The notes below the pieces were generated by a model. That model saw only the letters and a list, made by a program, of their open reading frames with translations, was not told the DNA's origin and made no database searches. From contig NC_083405.1 in assembly GCF_020745735.1 (NCBI RefSeq), positions 62,586,345 through 62,650,344 on the forward strand: 64,000 nt of DNA, given 5' to 3'. The DNA is from Hemiscyllium ocellatum (lineage: Eukaryota). The position numbers and the translations under genes are program-made. This document shows positions 62,291 through 64,000 of the stretch, in pieces. Within the stretch, counting starts at the first letter, position 1, and every line of letters starts with the position of its first letter.

Positions 62291-63551
62291 TAATTGTAGC
62301 TGATTCAAGACTGGATGCCAGACACACAATCAAAAATGTGTGTTGGATCAATCAAGAAAGTTGGAGCAGTCGATCCCTGGTCTTACCAGTCTACATTTGA
62401 GATATAGCCAAAATGCACTTTATGGTGCTATGAAGGAGTAACATGAAGATGAAGACATTAGTAATTCCCAGAGATTATAGGATAGTATTAAAGATGAAAG
62501 ATGATTGCACAGATGTCAGTGAGAGAGGTATTAAGATGTGAGGCAAAAGGAAAAAAAGAAAAAAAATCAGCTCTGATTTTTCAGTCACAAAACAAGGTCT
62601 ATTGTGACAAAGAGAATGTCCCTACCTTGGAGCCAGGAGGCCTAGGATCCAGTCCTACCAGTAATACTATGGTATACTGCAATACCATCTCTGACCAGTT
62701 TGATCAGAAAGTATCGAAAATTGAATAAATTCACAATTCATCGAATGAACACAGATGTTTTGGATACATTTTATGCAAAGTATATGAAATGGTGGTGAAA
62801 ACAGAATTAGAGAATTCAAAGAGAATAAATAATTAAGTACAATTAATTTAAATAATTAAAAATAAGGGGGGGGGAGTTCTAAGTGGGTTGCTGTTTTGGA
62901 GAGATGACACAATGGGATGTGTGGGTTCTTTTGCTACAAAGTTTTGAGATTCTCATTTTTCTAAAGGCCTTGCTTTTAATATTACTGATATCTTTAAATG
63001 CTGAATGTGCATCTTCAGCATAAATTGTGCTGAATCAATAAATCAGTCAATTTTTGTTTAATTCATTTGCATTTTTTGGACTGAAATATTTTGTTTTAGA
63101 GAAACTAAAATGATATCTTGAACAGTTAAGGCCAAAGTAAATCATGTGGACTTATGCAGATAATTCTGATTTCTCAGTGGAGGTCCTAACATTCAACCCA
63201 ACGTTGGAGACATCGCAATCGTGCTTGCTTATTTTGACACGTCATCTCAAGTGAATGAGACTAACTGATTATGAACTAGGACTGACTAACTACATTTAAT
63301 GTTTCACATGCAGCCAACAGGATGCTTTGTAACTTGCTGATAGCTTTTGCTGTAAATAAATTACGAGCCAAGTTAGAGAAGATTGAATGATGTAGTCATG
63401 GCCTTATGTCTTAGGCAACTAGGTTGGAGATTGTTTTAGACCTGTAAAGCCTTACAATATTGCCCTTTAATGTAACATTACATCTTCTGGTAAATAAAAC
63501 TATATTGTGATGAATTGGTCTCTTCCATTGGGGTTAACAATTCAAGGACTC

Positions 63552-63960
63552 AGTGTCAGAGATGTACAGCACAGAAACAGGCCCTTTGGTCAAAATCGTA
63601 CATGCCGACCAGAAATCCGAACCTAATCTAGTCCCATTTGCCAACACTTGGCATATATACATGTGCCCATATACGCCTATTCATATACCCATCTAGACGC
63701 CTTGTAATGTTGTAATTTTACCCACTTCCTCTGGCAGCTCATTCCATACATGCACCACCCTCTGTGAAAAAGTTGCCCCTTGGGTCCCTTCTTGAAAGTT
63801 TTCCCTCTTGCCCTAACCAATGCCCTCCAATTCTGGACTCCCCCATCCCAGGGAAAACACCTTGTCTATTTACATTATCCACGTCCCTCATTTTATAAAC
63901 CTCTGTAGGGTCACCACTCAGCCTCTGACGCTGCAGGAAAAATAGCCCCGATTCAAGTTC
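63552..63960 (-). mobile_element. CR1 3' fragment
   Basis: RQRLSGD.TEVYK, GNFF motifs and CR1 tail. Confidence 0.85.
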
Positions 63961-64000
63961 CAAGTGAGATTTTTCAGTGCTTTTTATGGCAATTAAAGCA

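Noticed and set aside
1-64000. CRISPR arrays, rRNA, prokaryotic operons or intact autonomous TEs
   Set aside because: None seen; the DNA is eukaryotic and every TE ORF carries stops or frameshifts.

Overview
Repeat-dense vertebrate genomic DNA from an elasmobranch, judged from its HE1 SINEs and CR1/HER1-type LINEs; a carpet/bamboo shark is a plausible but unproven source. Most of the window is decayed or nested transposons: many CR1 LINEs, HE1 and other tRNA-derived SINEs, L2, RTE and Rex1 fragments, a Gmr1-type Gypsy relic with integrase upstream of RT, a Harbinger transposase relic, Tigger-like MITEs, solo LTRs and Penelope-like elements (PLEs). No complete host protein-coding gene is present. 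A CpG island at about 59.9-60.7 kb looks like a ZNF143-type bidirectional promoter. It drives a + strand gene (first coding exon 60212-60274, signal-peptide-like) and probably a spliced - strand transcript whose introns cover most of the window. Two things stand out. (1) A LINE at 30633-33780 starts with a tRNA-derived Pol III promoter head and is almost free of T4 terminators on its sense strand; a matching head+tail SINE is in the same window. Together these suggest an autonomous LINE transcribed by Pol III. (2) At least four families of PLE-derived, often palindromic inserts carry minimal hammerhead ribozymes, including a young perfect 79-bp hairpin. Everything was read by eye: family names come from recalled motifs, not database searches, and boundaries of old repeats are approximate.
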